DNA of 47,736 bases from a virus: the IMG/VR virus record IMGVR_UViG_3300045988_059397, one strand, 5' to 3'. The notes below the pieces were generated by a model, which saw nothing but the letters and a program-made list of their open reading frames with translations, searched no databases and was not told the origin of the DNA. Below are positions 9,386 through 18,664 of this stretch, piece by piece (within the stretch, counting starts at the first letter, position 1; the number at the start of each line of letters is the position of its first letter). Position numbers and translations under genes: made by a program.

Positions 9386-9432
9386 GGGCAGCCGGCCGGC
9401 TGCTCTAATTTTATGCAAAGGAGGAAAAGCAG

Positions 9433-10986
9433 ATGGCAAACGAATACCTCTACGGCGCATACGGCCACATCGGCGAGACTGTGGCACAGAGCGCCGTGCA
9501 GGCGGGCACCACGCCGGTCTATATCGGCACGGCACCCGTCAACCTCGTGCGCGGCTTCGCAGACGCCGGCGTCATCAACGAGCCGATCAAGCTCAGCAAC
9601 ATGATCGACGCGCAGCGCAAGCTCGGCTATGCGGCCGACTGGGGCACCTTTACGCTCTGCGAGGTCATGAACGCGCACTTCAACAACACCCTCGGGAACA
9701 TCGGCCCCATCTACGTCATCAACGTCCTCGACCCGTCTGCGGGCAAGCACCGCAAGGCGACCGAGACCACCCAGGAGCTTTCTTTCACGGGCGGCCGGGC
9801 CGAGTTTGCGAGCTCCACCATCATCCTCGACACCATGACCATCGCCAAGAGCGATGGCGGCGACTACGCCGAGGGCACCGACTACGCTGTGGACTATAAC
9901 TTCACCAAGGGCACCGTCATCATCACCAGCCTGATCGCGGACTCCCCGCTCACCGGCACCCTGACGGCCAGCTTCTACGAGGTGGACGACAGCGCCATCG
10001 AGGACGACGACATCATCGGCGGCGTGACGGCCGGCGGCGAGTACAGCGGCCTGAGTTCCATCGCGCTGCTCTACCCCGAGCAGTTCGCGGTCTGCAACCT
10101 GATTGCCGCCCCCGGATGGAGCCATAGCCCGGCGGTCTACAACGCTATGCTCACCGCGAGCCAGAAGATCAACGGCCACTGGGACGCCTTCGTCGTGGCT
10201 GATCTGCCCCTTGTGAGCGGATCCTCTGCGGTCGGGCAGGCCGAGGTCGACGAGGCGCAGGTCGGTGCCACGGCGGTCGACACCATCGAGAAGGCCATCG
10301 CGTGGAAGAAAAGCAACGCCTTCGACAACGAGAGATCCAAGGTCTACTGGCCGCAGGGCATCGACAACCTCGGCAACGTCTACCATCTGAGCACGCTGGC
10401 CGTGGTCGAGCTCATGCGGGCCGACTTCAGCCACAACAGCGTGCCGATGGAGACCTGCGGCAACAAGGCGATCCCCATCATCAAGCAGTATTTTGGGGCC
10501 AACGCCACCAACCGCGGCTTCAGCCAGCAGGAGGGCAAGGAGCTGACGCAGAACGGCATCAGCACGGCCGTCGCATGGGGCGGCGAGTGGGTGCTGTGGG
10601 GCGACCACACCGCCGCCTACACCTACGGCGCCGACGTGGATCCCCGGGCGATCTTCGACGTGTCCATGCGTATGCTCATGCACATCACCAACGACTTCCA
10701 GAGGGAGTGGAGCCCGCGCATCGACGAGCCCATGACCCGGGCGCTCAAGGACGAGATCATCAACCGCGAGCAGGAGAAGCTCGACGGGTATGTCAGCATG
10801 GGCGCGCTGCTGGGCGAGCCGCAGATCGTGTTCCTCGAGAGCGAGAACAGCACCACCGACATCATGAACGGCGACTTCCGCTGGGACATCGCCGTCACCC
10901 CGACCCCGCCCCTCAAGTCTGCGAGCGTGTACGTCGCATACACCGACGCCGGCTTCTCTGTCTACTACGAAGGAGGTGACGAGTAA
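9433..10986 (+). CDS. Contractile tail sheath protein
   Basis: 517 aa. N-terminus 'YGAYGHIGETVAQSAVQAGTTPVYIGTAPVNL' is typical of sheath proteins. Followed by the tube gene. Confidence 0.85.
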   Translation: MANEYLYGAYGHIGETVAQSAVQAGTTPVYIGTAPVNLVRGFADAGVINEPIKLSNMIDAQRKLGYAADWGTFTLCEVMNAHFNNTLGNIGPIYVINVLDPSAGKHRKATETTQELSFTGGRAEFASSTIILDTMTIAKSDGGDYAEGTDYAVDYNFTKGTVIITSLIADSPLTGTLTASFYEVDDSAIEDDDIIGGVTAGGEYSGLSSIALLYPEQFAVCNLIAAPGWSHSPAVYNAMLTASQKINGHWDAFVVADLPLVSGSSAVGQAEVDEAQVGATAVDTIEKAIAWKKSNAFDNERSKVYWPQGIDNLGNVYHLSTLAVVELMRADFSHNSVPMETCGNKAIPIIKQYFGANATNRGFSQQEGKELTQNGISTAVAWGGEWVLWGDHTAAYTYGADVDPRAIFDVSMRMLMHITNDFQREWSPRIDEPMTRALKDEIINREQEKLDGYVSMGALLGEPQIVFLESENSTTDIMNGDFRWDIAVTPTPPLKSASVYVAYTDAGFSVYYEGGDE

Positions 10987-11498
10987 TGGCAAATCTGTGG
11001 CTTGACCTGAAGGGCCCCGTCCTCGCCGACACCGTGTACATCAACGGCGTCCTCGTCGCCAAGGACGTGACCATCACCCTGCCGGCCGTCACCCATGTGA
11101 CCGCCGATTATAAGGCGATGGGCACCTACACCGCACCCATGACCGGCCAGATCGAAGGCATGGAGGCCGCCATCACCAAGATCGGCATCGACAAGGGACT
11201 GCGCTCCATGGTGCAGCTCGAGAGCAAGACGCTGGAGGTCAGATGGGCGCAGGATGTCAAGTACGCCGACGGCTCCACCAAGACTGAAGGCTGCAAGGCG
11301 TTCATGCGCTGCGTCCCGAAGCTGATCCCGGGCCTGTCCGTGGATCCGGGCAACCCTTCGGAGAACGAGGTCACGCTGGCCGTGAGCCGCTATCAGGTTT
11401 TCGTCGCCGGAGAGGAGTTCTGCCTGATCGACCAGCTCAACACCATCATGCGCATCGGCGGCGTGGACTACGTCAAAGACCTGCGCAGCGTGCTGTAA
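10986..11498 (+). CDS. Tail tube protein
   Basis: 170 aa, TAATG-coupled to the sheath gene. P2 FII / XkdM-like size and position. Confidence 0.75.
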   Translation: MANLWLDLKGPVLADTVYINGVLVAKDVTITLPAVTHVTADYKAMGTYTAPMTGQIEGMEAAITKIGIDKGLRSMVQLESKTLEVRWAQDVKYADGSTKTEGCKAFMRCVPKLIPGLSVDPGNPSENEVTLAVSRYQVFVAGEEFCLIDQLNTIMRIGGVDYVKDLRSVL

Positions 11499-11506
11499 CA
11501 ACAGAT

Positions 11507-11541
11507 GGGCGCCGCCCGAGGTGGGCGGCGTCCCTCTTTTT
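11507..11541 (+). terminator. Rho-independent terminator after the tube gene
   Basis: gggCGCCGCCCgaggtGGGCGGCGtccctcttttt: 8-bp GC stem followed by a T-rich tail. Confidence 0.65.
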
Positions 11542-11564
11542 ATCAACGAAAGGAGACAACGACC

Positions 11565-11972
11565 ATGGAAAAGCTGACACTCAGCAACCCCATCACCATC
11601 AACGGCAAGAAGGTCAAGACCCTGACCTATGACACCGGCGCGATCACCGTGGGAATGTTCGCCGAGGCCGAGGCGCTGAAACTGCGCGCCACCACCCACA
11701 AGGCGGGCGGCAGCGCCGGCGCCACCGAGCTCGACTACTCCATGCACCTCTACCTCGCTATGATGGCGATCACCGCCGTCAACTCCGACATCGACATCGC
11801 CGACCTCGAGCGCATCAGCGGGCCCGATGTCATGGAGCTGGTGAGGATCGGCCGAAATTTTACCACAACGAGGTCGGGGGCACCCTCCGAGCAAAACGAC
11901 TCGGAGAGCTCGTCCGAGACTACTCCCGAGCCTTCCACATCTCAGTCGGAGAGCTCCGACGGGAACGCCTGA
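11565..11972 (+). CDS. Tail assembly chaperone (gpG / P2 gpE analogue), zero-frame product
   Basis: ATG at 11565 after AAAGGAGAC. 135 aa, acidic C-terminus, directly upstream of the tape measure gene. Confidence 0.7.
   Translation: MEKLTLSNPITINGKKVKTLTYDTGAITVGMFAEAEALKLRATTHKAGGSAGATELDYSMHLYLAMMAITAVNSDIDIADLERISGPDVMELVRIGRNFTTTRSGAPSEQNDSESSSETTPEPSTSQSESSDGNA
11855..11861 (+). promoter_or_regulatory. -1 programmed ribosomal frameshift slippery heptamer A_AAT_TTT
   Basis: The zero frame reads cgA AAT TTT acc (X_XXY_YYZ). The -1 frame stays open from here to the TGA at 12077-12079. Confidence 0.7.
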
Positions 11973-12079
11973 CCGACTTCCTGCTCGAATACTACGAAGC
12001 GGCCGAGGAGGCGAAAAAGCAGCGGGCAAAGATCCCGAAGCCGAGGATCCCCCACATCCGGCCGCATAGGAGGAGGTGA
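11855..12079 (+). CDS. -1 frame extension of the tail chaperone (gpGT / P2 E+E' analogue)
   Basis: -1 frame translation KFYHNEVGGTLRAKRLGELVRDYSRAFHISVGELRRERLTDFLLEYYEAAEEAKKQRAKIPKPRIPHIRPHRRR* has no stops and no ATG of its own, and ends at the tape-measure RBS. Confidence 0.6.
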   Translation, partial: KFYHNEVGGTLRAKRLGELVRDYSRAFHISVGELRRERLTDFLLEYYEAAEEAKKQRAKIPKPRIPHIRPHRRR

Positions 12080-12084
12080 CGCCA

Positions 12085-14196
12085 GTGGCCAAAAATAAAA
12101 TGCTGCAAGCCGTCGTGAGTCTCGCCGGCACCATTGACCCGTCACTCGGCAAGGCGCTGGACGATGTCACCGGCAAGCTGGAAAACGTCAACTGGAAGGC
12201 CGTGGCCGTCGGCGGCGCTGTGGGCGGCATCGCAGTCGCAACAGGCAAGGCGGTCGTGGAGGCCGGGAAGTATCTGGCCGACCTCGGCAACGAGTACAAC
12301 ACGGCCATCAATCAGCTCTCGGCAGCAACCGGGGCGACCGGCGACGAGCTGGACGCGCTCGGTGAAAGCGTCAAGAACATCTACGCCCAAGGGCTCGGCG
12401 ATGACTTCGCCGACGTGGCCGACGGTCTGGCTGCAACGCAGCAGGCCAGCGACCTGACCGGCGAAGCTCTGGAGAGGGCAACCGCCGCCGGCTTCAACCT
12501 GCGGGATGTGTTCGACTACGATGTCAGCGAGAGCGCCCGGGCAGCGTCGGCCCTGATGAAAAACTTCGGCATCGACGCCGAGGAAGCCTACGGCCTGATC
12601 GCCGTGGGCGCGCAGAACGGCGCAGACAAAAACGGCGACCTGCTGGACACCCTGAACGAGTACAGCCCGCAGTTTGCGGCTCTCGGCCTCAGCGCCGACC
12701 AGTTCATCGGCACCCTCGTGGAGGGCGCTGACGCCGGCCTGTTCTCCATCGACAAGGTCGGCGACGCCGTCAAGGAGTTCAACATCAGGGCGAAGGACGG
12801 CAGCGACACGAGCCGGGAAGCCTTCGAGAGCCTCGGCCTTAATGCCGACAAAATGTTCGCAGCCTTCGCCGCAGGTGGAGACACCGCAGAGGCCGCGTTC
12901 TTCGACACCGTCGAGGCCCTCAACAGCATGGACGACCCCCTCGCTCGCAACGCGGCCGGCGTGGCCCTGTTCGGCACACAGTTCGAGGATCTGGAGGCCG
13001 GCGTGCTGCCGGTGCTGGCGAGTATCGAGACCGCAGCCTACGACGGCGCGGCCGCTCTCCAGCAGATCAACGACGTGAAATACAACGACCTCGGCAGCGC
13101 CTTCGAGGCGATCAAGAGGTCGGCCGAGGTCTCGCTGCTGCCGATGGCGTCCATGATCGCCAACACCCTGACGGCTCTGGCGCCGATCCTGCGGGAGACC
13201 TTCGAGGCCATCGCCCCGGTCATTACTGATACCCTCAACACCTGTATGCCGTTTGTGCAGCAGTTCCTCGTCGGAATGGGCGAGGCACTCCAGACCGTGC
13301 TCCCTATGGTCTCGCAACTGGCTGCGGGCCTGCTTCCACTACTGGGGCAGCTCGTGTCGGCCTTCCTGCCGCCGCTCCTCGAGCTGGCGCAGCAGCTACT
13401 CCCGCCACTCATGCAGATCGTGCAGGCCATCCTCCCGCCCATCGTGAGCATCCTGACCTCGATCCTGCCAATGCTGACGCAGATCATCTCGACGATCCTG
13501 CCCGTCCTGACCAGCCTGATCTCGGCCCTGCTGCCGGTCATCACCCCGCTGCTCGAGGTCGCGCTTCAGATCGTCAACAGCGTCATCATGCCCCTCGTGC
13601 CGCCCCTTATGCAGGTGGTCGAGGCGCTGCTGCCGCCCCTGATGTCGCTGCTCAATGCCATCATGCCGATCCTGAGCCCCCTGCTGGGGCTGCTTCAGCC
13701 CATCGCATCCGTGCTCGGCACCATCGCCAACGTCATCGGCAAGATCGTGAGCTTCGGCGCGGGTGTCATCAACAGCATCGCCGGCCTGTTCGGCGGGGGT
13801 GGAGGCGGCGGCGCTTCCGGCTTTGCAACCGGCGGCTTCACAAGCGGCCCGTCCATCGCGGGCGAGGATCCGCGCTACCCGACCGAGGCCGTCATCAGCT
13901 TTAACCCTGCTTATAGGGCGCAAAACCTGTCCTACTGGGCCCGCGCCGGTGAAATGCTCGGCGCTATGGACGAGGGCAGCTATGAGCCCATCAGTTCCGG
14001 CTCTGGTACGTCCGTGGTCTACGACCTGAGCGGCCTGTCCTTCAGCCCCAAAATCGAGATCCAAGGCGACACCGACGAGGACGCCCTGATCCGAAAGCTG
14101 CGGGATCTGGAGCCGGAGTTCATCGACTTCATCCTCGAAGCACTCGCAAGAAGGGAGGGCGGCGCCTATGTCACAGCGGATAGTCGGCTATATTGA
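12085..14196 (+). CDS. Tail tape measure protein
   Basis: About 703 aa. Long helical/hydrophobic repeats 'LPPLLELAQQLLPPLMQIVQAILPPIVSIL...'. GTG at 12085 lies 8 nt after AGGAGGAGG; the ORF is open from 12076. Confidence 0.85.
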   Translation: MAKNKMLQAVVSLAGTIDPSLGKALDDVTGKLENVNWKAVAVGGAVGGIAVATGKAVVEAGKYLADLGNEYNTAINQLSAATGATGDELDALGESVKNIYAQGLGDDFADVADGLAATQQASDLTGEALERATAAGFNLRDVFDYDVSESARAASALMKNFGIDAEEAYGLIAVGAQNGADKNGDLLDTLNEYSPQFAALGLSADQFIGTLVEGADAGLFSIDKVGDAVKEFNIRAKDGSDTSREAFESLGLNADKMFAAFAAGGDTAEAAFFDTVEALNSMDDPLARNAAGVALFGTQFEDLEAGVLPVLASIETAAYDGAAALQQINDVKYNDLGSAFEAIKRSAEVSLLPMASMIANTLTALAPILRETFEAIAPVITDTLNTCMPFVQQFLVGMGEALQTVLPMVSQLAAGLLPLLGQLVSAFLPPLLELAQQLLPPLMQIVQAILPPIVSILTSILPMLTQIISTILPVLTSLISALLPVITPLLEVALQIVNSVIMPLVPPLMQVVEALLPPLMSLLNAIMPILSPLLGLLQPIASVLGTIANVIGKIVSFGAGVINSIAGLFGGGGGGGASGFATGGFTSGPSIAGEDPRYPTEAVISFNPAYRAQNLSYWARAGEMLGAMDEGSYEPISSGSGTSVVYDLSGLSFSPKIEIQGDTDEDALIRKLRDLEPEFIDFILEALARREGGAYVTADSRLY

Positions 14197-14392
14197 TTAC
14201 ACCGCGCAAGGCGGCGACACCTTCGACAGCATCGCGCTGGCAGCCTATAACGAGGAGCGGATGGCGAGCACCATCATCGACGCCAACCGCGACCTCTGCG
14301 ACGTGCTGATCTTCGAGGGCGGCGAGGCCGTGCGGATCCCCATCGTCGAGACCGTGGAGACGCCCGACACCCTGCCGCCTTGGAGGAGGTGA
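14168..14392 (+). CDS. LysM-like tail protein (P2 gpX / XkdP analogue)
   Basis: 74 aa. 'YTAQGGDTFDSIALAAYNEE...' is a LysM-like motif. Follows the tape measure gene. Confidence 0.65.
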   Translation: MSQRIVGYIDYTAQGGDTFDSIALAAYNEERMASTIIDANRDLCDVLIFEGGEAVRIPIVETVETPDTLPPWRR

Positions 14393-14401
14393 GCCTGCCC
14401 T

Positions 14402-15322
14402 GTGAAAATCATCTACGAGGGGACGGACATCTACCCCGAGATCAGCGTCCACCGCTGCTACCACGATATGTACGCAGACAAGCAGAGCGACGAGCTGCTG
14501 CTCAAACTCAACGACACCCGGGAGCTGTGGGACAGGTGGAGCCCCAAGAAGGGCGACACCATCGCCGTCGAGGACGGCGCCGCCAAGACGGGCAAGATGT
14601 TCGTCGAGAGCGTCGTCCCCGAGTCCGGCCTCATAACCCTGCGGGCCTACTCGGCCCCGCAATCCACCAAGGACAAGAGGAGCAAGTCGTGGGAAAAGGT
14701 CAAGTTTCTGCAACTGATCCAAGAGATCGCCGGCCGGCACGGCCTCACGGTCGAGACCTACGGCATCACCGACCAGACCTACGACTACGTCGAGCAGAAC
14801 AACCTCCCCGACTTCGCTTTTCTTCAGGCACGCTGCACCCTCGAGGGCGCGGCTTTTTTAGTCTATGACGGCAAGCTGGTCGTCTACGACGAGGTATACA
14901 TGGAGGGCCAGCAGCCCGTCGACACCATCACCATCACGCCGGCCAACGACTTCGAGTACCGGGACGAGGGCGCCTACGCCTACGGCTCGGCCGAGGCCGT
15001 CAACGGCGGTCTGACCGGCACCTTCTCGGCGCCGGCCGGGGGCGACAAGGTGCTGCGCAAGATCCTCCCCTTCCGCATGACCGACCAAGCAGAGGCCGAC
15101 CGCTTCGCCAAGGGCCTGCTCCGGGACGCCAACAAAGAGGCGACCGTCGCAACGCTCTGGACGGGGACGCTGCTGCGCGAGTACGCGGCGGGCTCCGTGG
15201 TGACGCTCTCCACCGAGGGCGTCGCCTCGTGGGACGGCACGGCCTTCGTGAGCCGGATCCGGCGCGACTACGTCAAGACCCGGAGCAAGCTCTATCTGCG
15301 CAAGCCTCTGGAGGGATATTGA
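14402..15322 (+). CDS. Baseplate hub / late-control gpD-like protein (XkdQ analogue)
   Basis: 306 aa with position and size as P2 gpD / XkdQ. GTG start. Confidence 0.55.
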   Translation: MKIIYEGTDIYPEISVHRCYHDMYADKQSDELLLKLNDTRELWDRWSPKKGDTIAVEDGAAKTGKMFVESVVPESGLITLRAYSAPQSTKDKRSKSWEKVKFLQLIQEIAGRHGLTVETYGITDQTYDYVEQNNLPDFAFLQARCTLEGAAFLVYDGKLVVYDEVYMEGQQPVDTITITPANDFEYRDEGAYAYGSAEAVNGGLTGTFSAPAGGDKVLRKILPFRMTDQAEADRFAKGLLRDANKEATVATLWTGTLLREYAAGSVVTLSTEGVASWDGTAFVSRIRRDYVKTRSKLYLRKPLEGY

Positions 15323-15324
15323 CC

Positions 15325-15735
15325 ATGCCAAACAGCAACACCCAAATGATCCAAAAGGGCAAGATCTCGAGCATCGAGGGCGAGCCCGACAGAAACGGCG
15401 ACAAGACCACGGCCCGGGTGCTCCCGAGCACCGCCGACAGCCTCGTCACGAGGCCGCTGACGATCCCGTGGTATCTGCGCGGGGACATGGGAAACCTGAG
15501 CCCCGGCGTCGAAGTCGCCTACGCTATGTTCGAGGACGGCACCGGCCTGATCCTCTCCCGCATGGACGGGGAGTGGCCCGGCATCGTCCCCGGCGACATC
15601 ACCATCAAGAAGGGCGCGCTCACCGTGCAGGACAAGGGCGTCAGCGTACCGTCGGCCGATGTCACGGCCAGCGGCATCAGCCTGACCAGTCACACCCACA
15701 CCGCACCGCACGGAGAGACAACCGGCCCGCACTAA
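15325..15735 (+). CDS. Baseplate central spike (gpV/gp5-like OB-fold) protein
   Basis: ATG at 15325 (MPNSNTQMIQKGKISSIEG...). C-terminal 'SLTSHTHTAPHGETTGPH' is an apex-like His motif. Confidence 0.6.
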   Translation: MPNSNTQMIQKGKISSIEGEPDRNGDKTTARVLPSTADSLVTRPLTIPWYLRGDMGNLSPGVEVAYAMFEDGTGLILSRMDGEWPGIVPGDITIKKGALTVQDKGVSVPSADVTASGISLTSHTHTAPHGETTGPH

Positions 15736-15753
15736 GGAAGGAGGCCGAGCATC

Positions 15754-16305
15754 ATGTCCGTCATGGCATCGTGGAACGGCAAGACATGGGGCGTCTCCCC
15801 CGAGCGGATCGCCGCCCTGAATGGCGTCTCGGCCAGCGTGGAGCTGGACACCGAGAACAGCGACGACAAGGCGGGATCCCCGGCCACCAAGACCAAGGCG
15901 CTCAAGCTCCAGAGCATGAGCTTCGACTTCGATCTCGGCGTCGCCGTGGGCTGCGATGTCCGCGGCGAGTACGAGTCGTGGACGGCGCTGGTGGGCCAGT
16001 ACGCCCCCTTCTACCTCGGCGGCACGCGCTTCGGCCCGGCCAACCTTCAGCTCACTGGTGTGAGCCTCGGCGACACGACGGTCGACAACTTCGGCCGGAT
16101 CCTCAAGGGCAAGATCACCATCAACCTGACGGAGTTCGCTGAGGAGGCCAGCAGCAAGAAGGCGACCGCCGGCAGCTCCAACGGGGGCAGCTCGTCCCCG
16201 GCTGGAGTCTCCACCGGCGTCGGCCCGCGCCTGAGCGCCATCACCGTCGGCGCATCCAGCAGCGACAAAGCCGCAAAGAAACCCAACAACACCCAACTGA
16301 CCTAA
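15754..16305 (+). CDS. Baseplate/tail-associated protein, function unclear
   Basis: 183 aa with a Ser/Gly/Ala-rich C-terminus, between the spike and the gp25-like gene. Confidence 0.4.
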   Translation: MSVMASWNGKTWGVSPERIAALNGVSASVELDTENSDDKAGSPATKTKALKLQSMSFDFDLGVAVGCDVRGEYESWTALVGQYAPFYLGGTRFGPANLQLTGVSLGDTTVDNFGRILKGKITINLTEFAEEASSKKATAGSSNGGSSSPAGVSTGVGPRLSAITVGASSSDKAAKKPNNTQLT

Positions 16306-16319
16306 AGCGAGGTGATCCC

Positions 16320-16595
16320 ATGAAAGCAAGCGGCAACGCAGCGCCCGAGACCTGCGTGCAAAACCTCCTAAAGACCATCCGCGGCGAGGTGCCATACGAG
16401 CGCATCAAGGGGATCGATCGCACCCTGATCGACAAGCCGAGCGGGACGGCCGCCAACGATCTGGCCGCCGACGTGGAGTTCGTCGTGGAAACCTACGAGC
16501 CCCGCGTGCGCCTGAGCTCGTCCGATCTGGTCGCGCTGGTCGCGCAGACCGGCGACTTCGAGCTGCGGGCCAGCATTGACAACAACACACTCTGA
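16320..16595 (+). CDS. Baseplate wedge protein, gpW/gp25-like
   Basis: 91 aa. 'NLLKTIRGEVPYERIKGID' resembles the GPW_gp25 family. Immediately before the J-like gene. Confidence 0.65.
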   Translation: MKASGNAAPETCVQNLLKTIRGEVPYERIKGIDRTLIDKPSGTAANDLAADVEFVVETYEPRVRLSSSDLVALVAQTGDFELRASIDNNTL

Positions 16596-16609
16596 AGGAG
16601 GTGAACAGC

Positions 16610-18001
16610 ATGAGCGACGAGACCAACACCTACGGCGACGACATCCACCTCACCACCACCGACGCGACGACCATCTACAACACCCTGATCGCTGCGCTCG
16701 AAAAGGGCGCCGGCGAGCCTCTGTACCCCGGCGACGAGCGCCGGATCTTCGGCGAGGGGCTCGTGGCCGTGTTCGTCGCCCTCTACAACAGCCTCGACGA
16801 CACCGGGCGGCAGACCCTTCTCCGCTATGCGCGGGGCGAGGTGCTTGACGCTATCGGCGAGCGGCTGGATGTCCACCGGCTGGAAGGATCCCCGGCAAAG
16901 ACGACCATGCGCTTCTCCGTGAGCACGCCGCAGCCCAACAACATCATCATCCCGAAGTGGACGAAGGTGACGCCGGACAGCGACCACTACTTTGCCACCG
17001 ACGAGATCGCCGTCCTTCAGGCCGGCGCCTACTCTGTGGAGATCCCGACCTCGGCCGTCAGCAACGGCACCGAGTACAACGGGTACGCCCCGGGCACCAT
17101 CACCACCCTCGTCGACCTGATCCCCTACATCGAGAGCGTCACCAACATCACAGCGACGGCCGGCGGCGACGACGGCGAGCCATACACCGAGGAAGGCGAC
17201 AACCGGCTGCGCGAGCGCATCCGGCTGGCGCCGGCGTCCCGGTCTACGGCCGGGCCGGAACAGGCTTACATCTACTGGGCCATGACGGCCGACAGCTCCA
17301 TCACCGACGCCCGGGCCGTCAGCGAGACGGAAACCATCAGCCGCACCCTCGCGGTCTACGACGGCCACGCCTTCATCGGCGGCGGCCGGCTGCTGCCGGA
17401 CACCCTGATCGTCAAGGAGCACGGGGAGAGCACGGCCGGCGTGGAGGACACCGACTACACTGTGGACTACACCGACGACCTGCTGACCATCGAGCTCAAG
17501 GGCGCCCTCGCGGACGCCACGAGCCTCGACATCACCATCACCCGCACCCTCGAGGGCTGCGTCAAGATCGTCCCCCTGCTGGAGGGCGGCGCCGTCCCCG
17601 ACGAGAGCATCCTCGAGAAGGTGCTGGAGGCGTGCAACGCCTCGGACATCCGGCCGCTCACCGACGTGGTCACGGCCGTGGCGCCCGAGGTCATCACCTA
17701 CGACATCGAGATCGTCTACTACACCACCCCCGAGACAGAGGCCGAGGTCGTCGCCAACGTGGAAGGCACCGGCGGCGCCATCGACCGATACAACGAGTGG
17801 CAGGTGGGCGCGCTGGGCCGGGACATCAACCCCGACCAGCTCCGCAAGCGGATCCTCTGCCCGTCGTGGGGCGAAAACCTGACCGGCGCCTTCCGCGTGG
17901 ACGTGACCAAGCCGGTCTACACACCCGTCAACGACACACAGGTCGCCAAGTTCAGCGGGCACCTGACTGTCAGCCATAAGACAGAGAGCGAGGTGGTCTA
18001 A
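16610..18001 (+). CDS. Baseplate J-like protein
   Basis: About 463 aa. ATG at 16610 lies 8 nt after AAGGAGG. Canonical gp25-J-I order. Confidence 0.75.
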   Translation: MSDETNTYGDDIHLTTTDATTIYNTLIAALEKGAGEPLYPGDERRIFGEGLVAVFVALYNSLDDTGRQTLLRYARGEVLDAIGERLDVHRLEGSPAKTTMRFSVSTPQPNNIIIPKWTKVTPDSDHYFATDEIAVLQAGAYSVEIPTSAVSNGTEYNGYAPGTITTLVDLIPYIESVTNITATAGGDDGEPYTEEGDNRLRERIRLAPASRSTAGPEQAYIYWAMTADSSITDARAVSETETISRTLAVYDGHAFIGGGRLLPDTLIVKEHGESTAGVEDTDYTVDYTDDLLTIELKGALADATSLDITITRTLEGCVKIVPLLEGGAVPDESILEKVLEACNASDIRPLTDVVTAVAPEVITYDIEIVYYTTPETEAEVVANVEGTGGAIDRYNEWQVGALGRDINPDQLRKRILCPSWGENLTGAFRVDVTKPVYTPVNDTQVAKFSGHLTVSHKTESEVV

Positions 18002-18649
18002 ATGCGACTCAGCGAAGTCGAGATGATCAAGCTCCTGCCCTCGTGGATGGCGCAGGACGGCGCCGACCGCGGGCTGGCCGCCGGCTGCGACACCCTATCC
18101 CGGGACGCCTTCGCCCGCCTGAAGCTGCTGAGCAGGTGGGACAAGATCGACCAGCTCAGCGAGGCCGAGCTGGACGAGATGGCGTGGGAGCTGAACATCC
18201 AGTGGTATGACAGCACCGCACCCATCGAGACCAAGCGGGCCGTCATCCGAAACAGCGATCGCGTCTATGCCAAGCTCGGCACCCCCTACGCCGTGGCGCA
18301 GATCATCGCCGACTACTTCGGCACCGGCGAGGTCAGGGAGTGGTATCAGTACAGCGGCAAGCCCTATCACTTCAAAGTGCTGAGCGACAACCCGGGACTC
18401 GTCAACGAAAACCTCGACCTGTTCCTCTCGCTGCTGCGCACCGTGAAGCGGCGCAGCGCATGGCTCGACGCGATCCTGATCTGCCTGACCGGCGAGATGT
18501 TCCTTTATGCCGGGATGGCCGTGCGAGAGCACGGCGAGGAGCGGCACGTCATGGGGACGGACGAGATCCACCTCTACCACGGGGCCGTCGTCCACGACAA
18601 CAACCGGGAGACCGTCACCATCGGCACCAGCGTCCTCGCTTCAGACTAA
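18002..18649 (+). CDS. Tail protein I-like (P2 gpI / XkdU position)
   Basis: 215 aa. 'LLPSWMAQD...LDEMAWELNIQWYD...' is typical of the P2 gpI family. Confidence 0.65.
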   Translation: MRLSEVEMIKLLPSWMAQDGADRGLAAGCDTLSRDAFARLKLLSRWDKIDQLSEAELDEMAWELNIQWYDSTAPIETKRAVIRNSDRVYAKLGTPYAVAQIIADYFGTGEVREWYQYSGKPYHFKVLSDNPGLVNENLDLFLSLLRTVKRRSAWLDAILICLTGEMFLYAGMAVREHGEERHVMGTDEIHLYHGAVVHDNNRETVTIGTSVLASD

Positions 18650-18664
18650 GGAAAGGAGAAAGAC

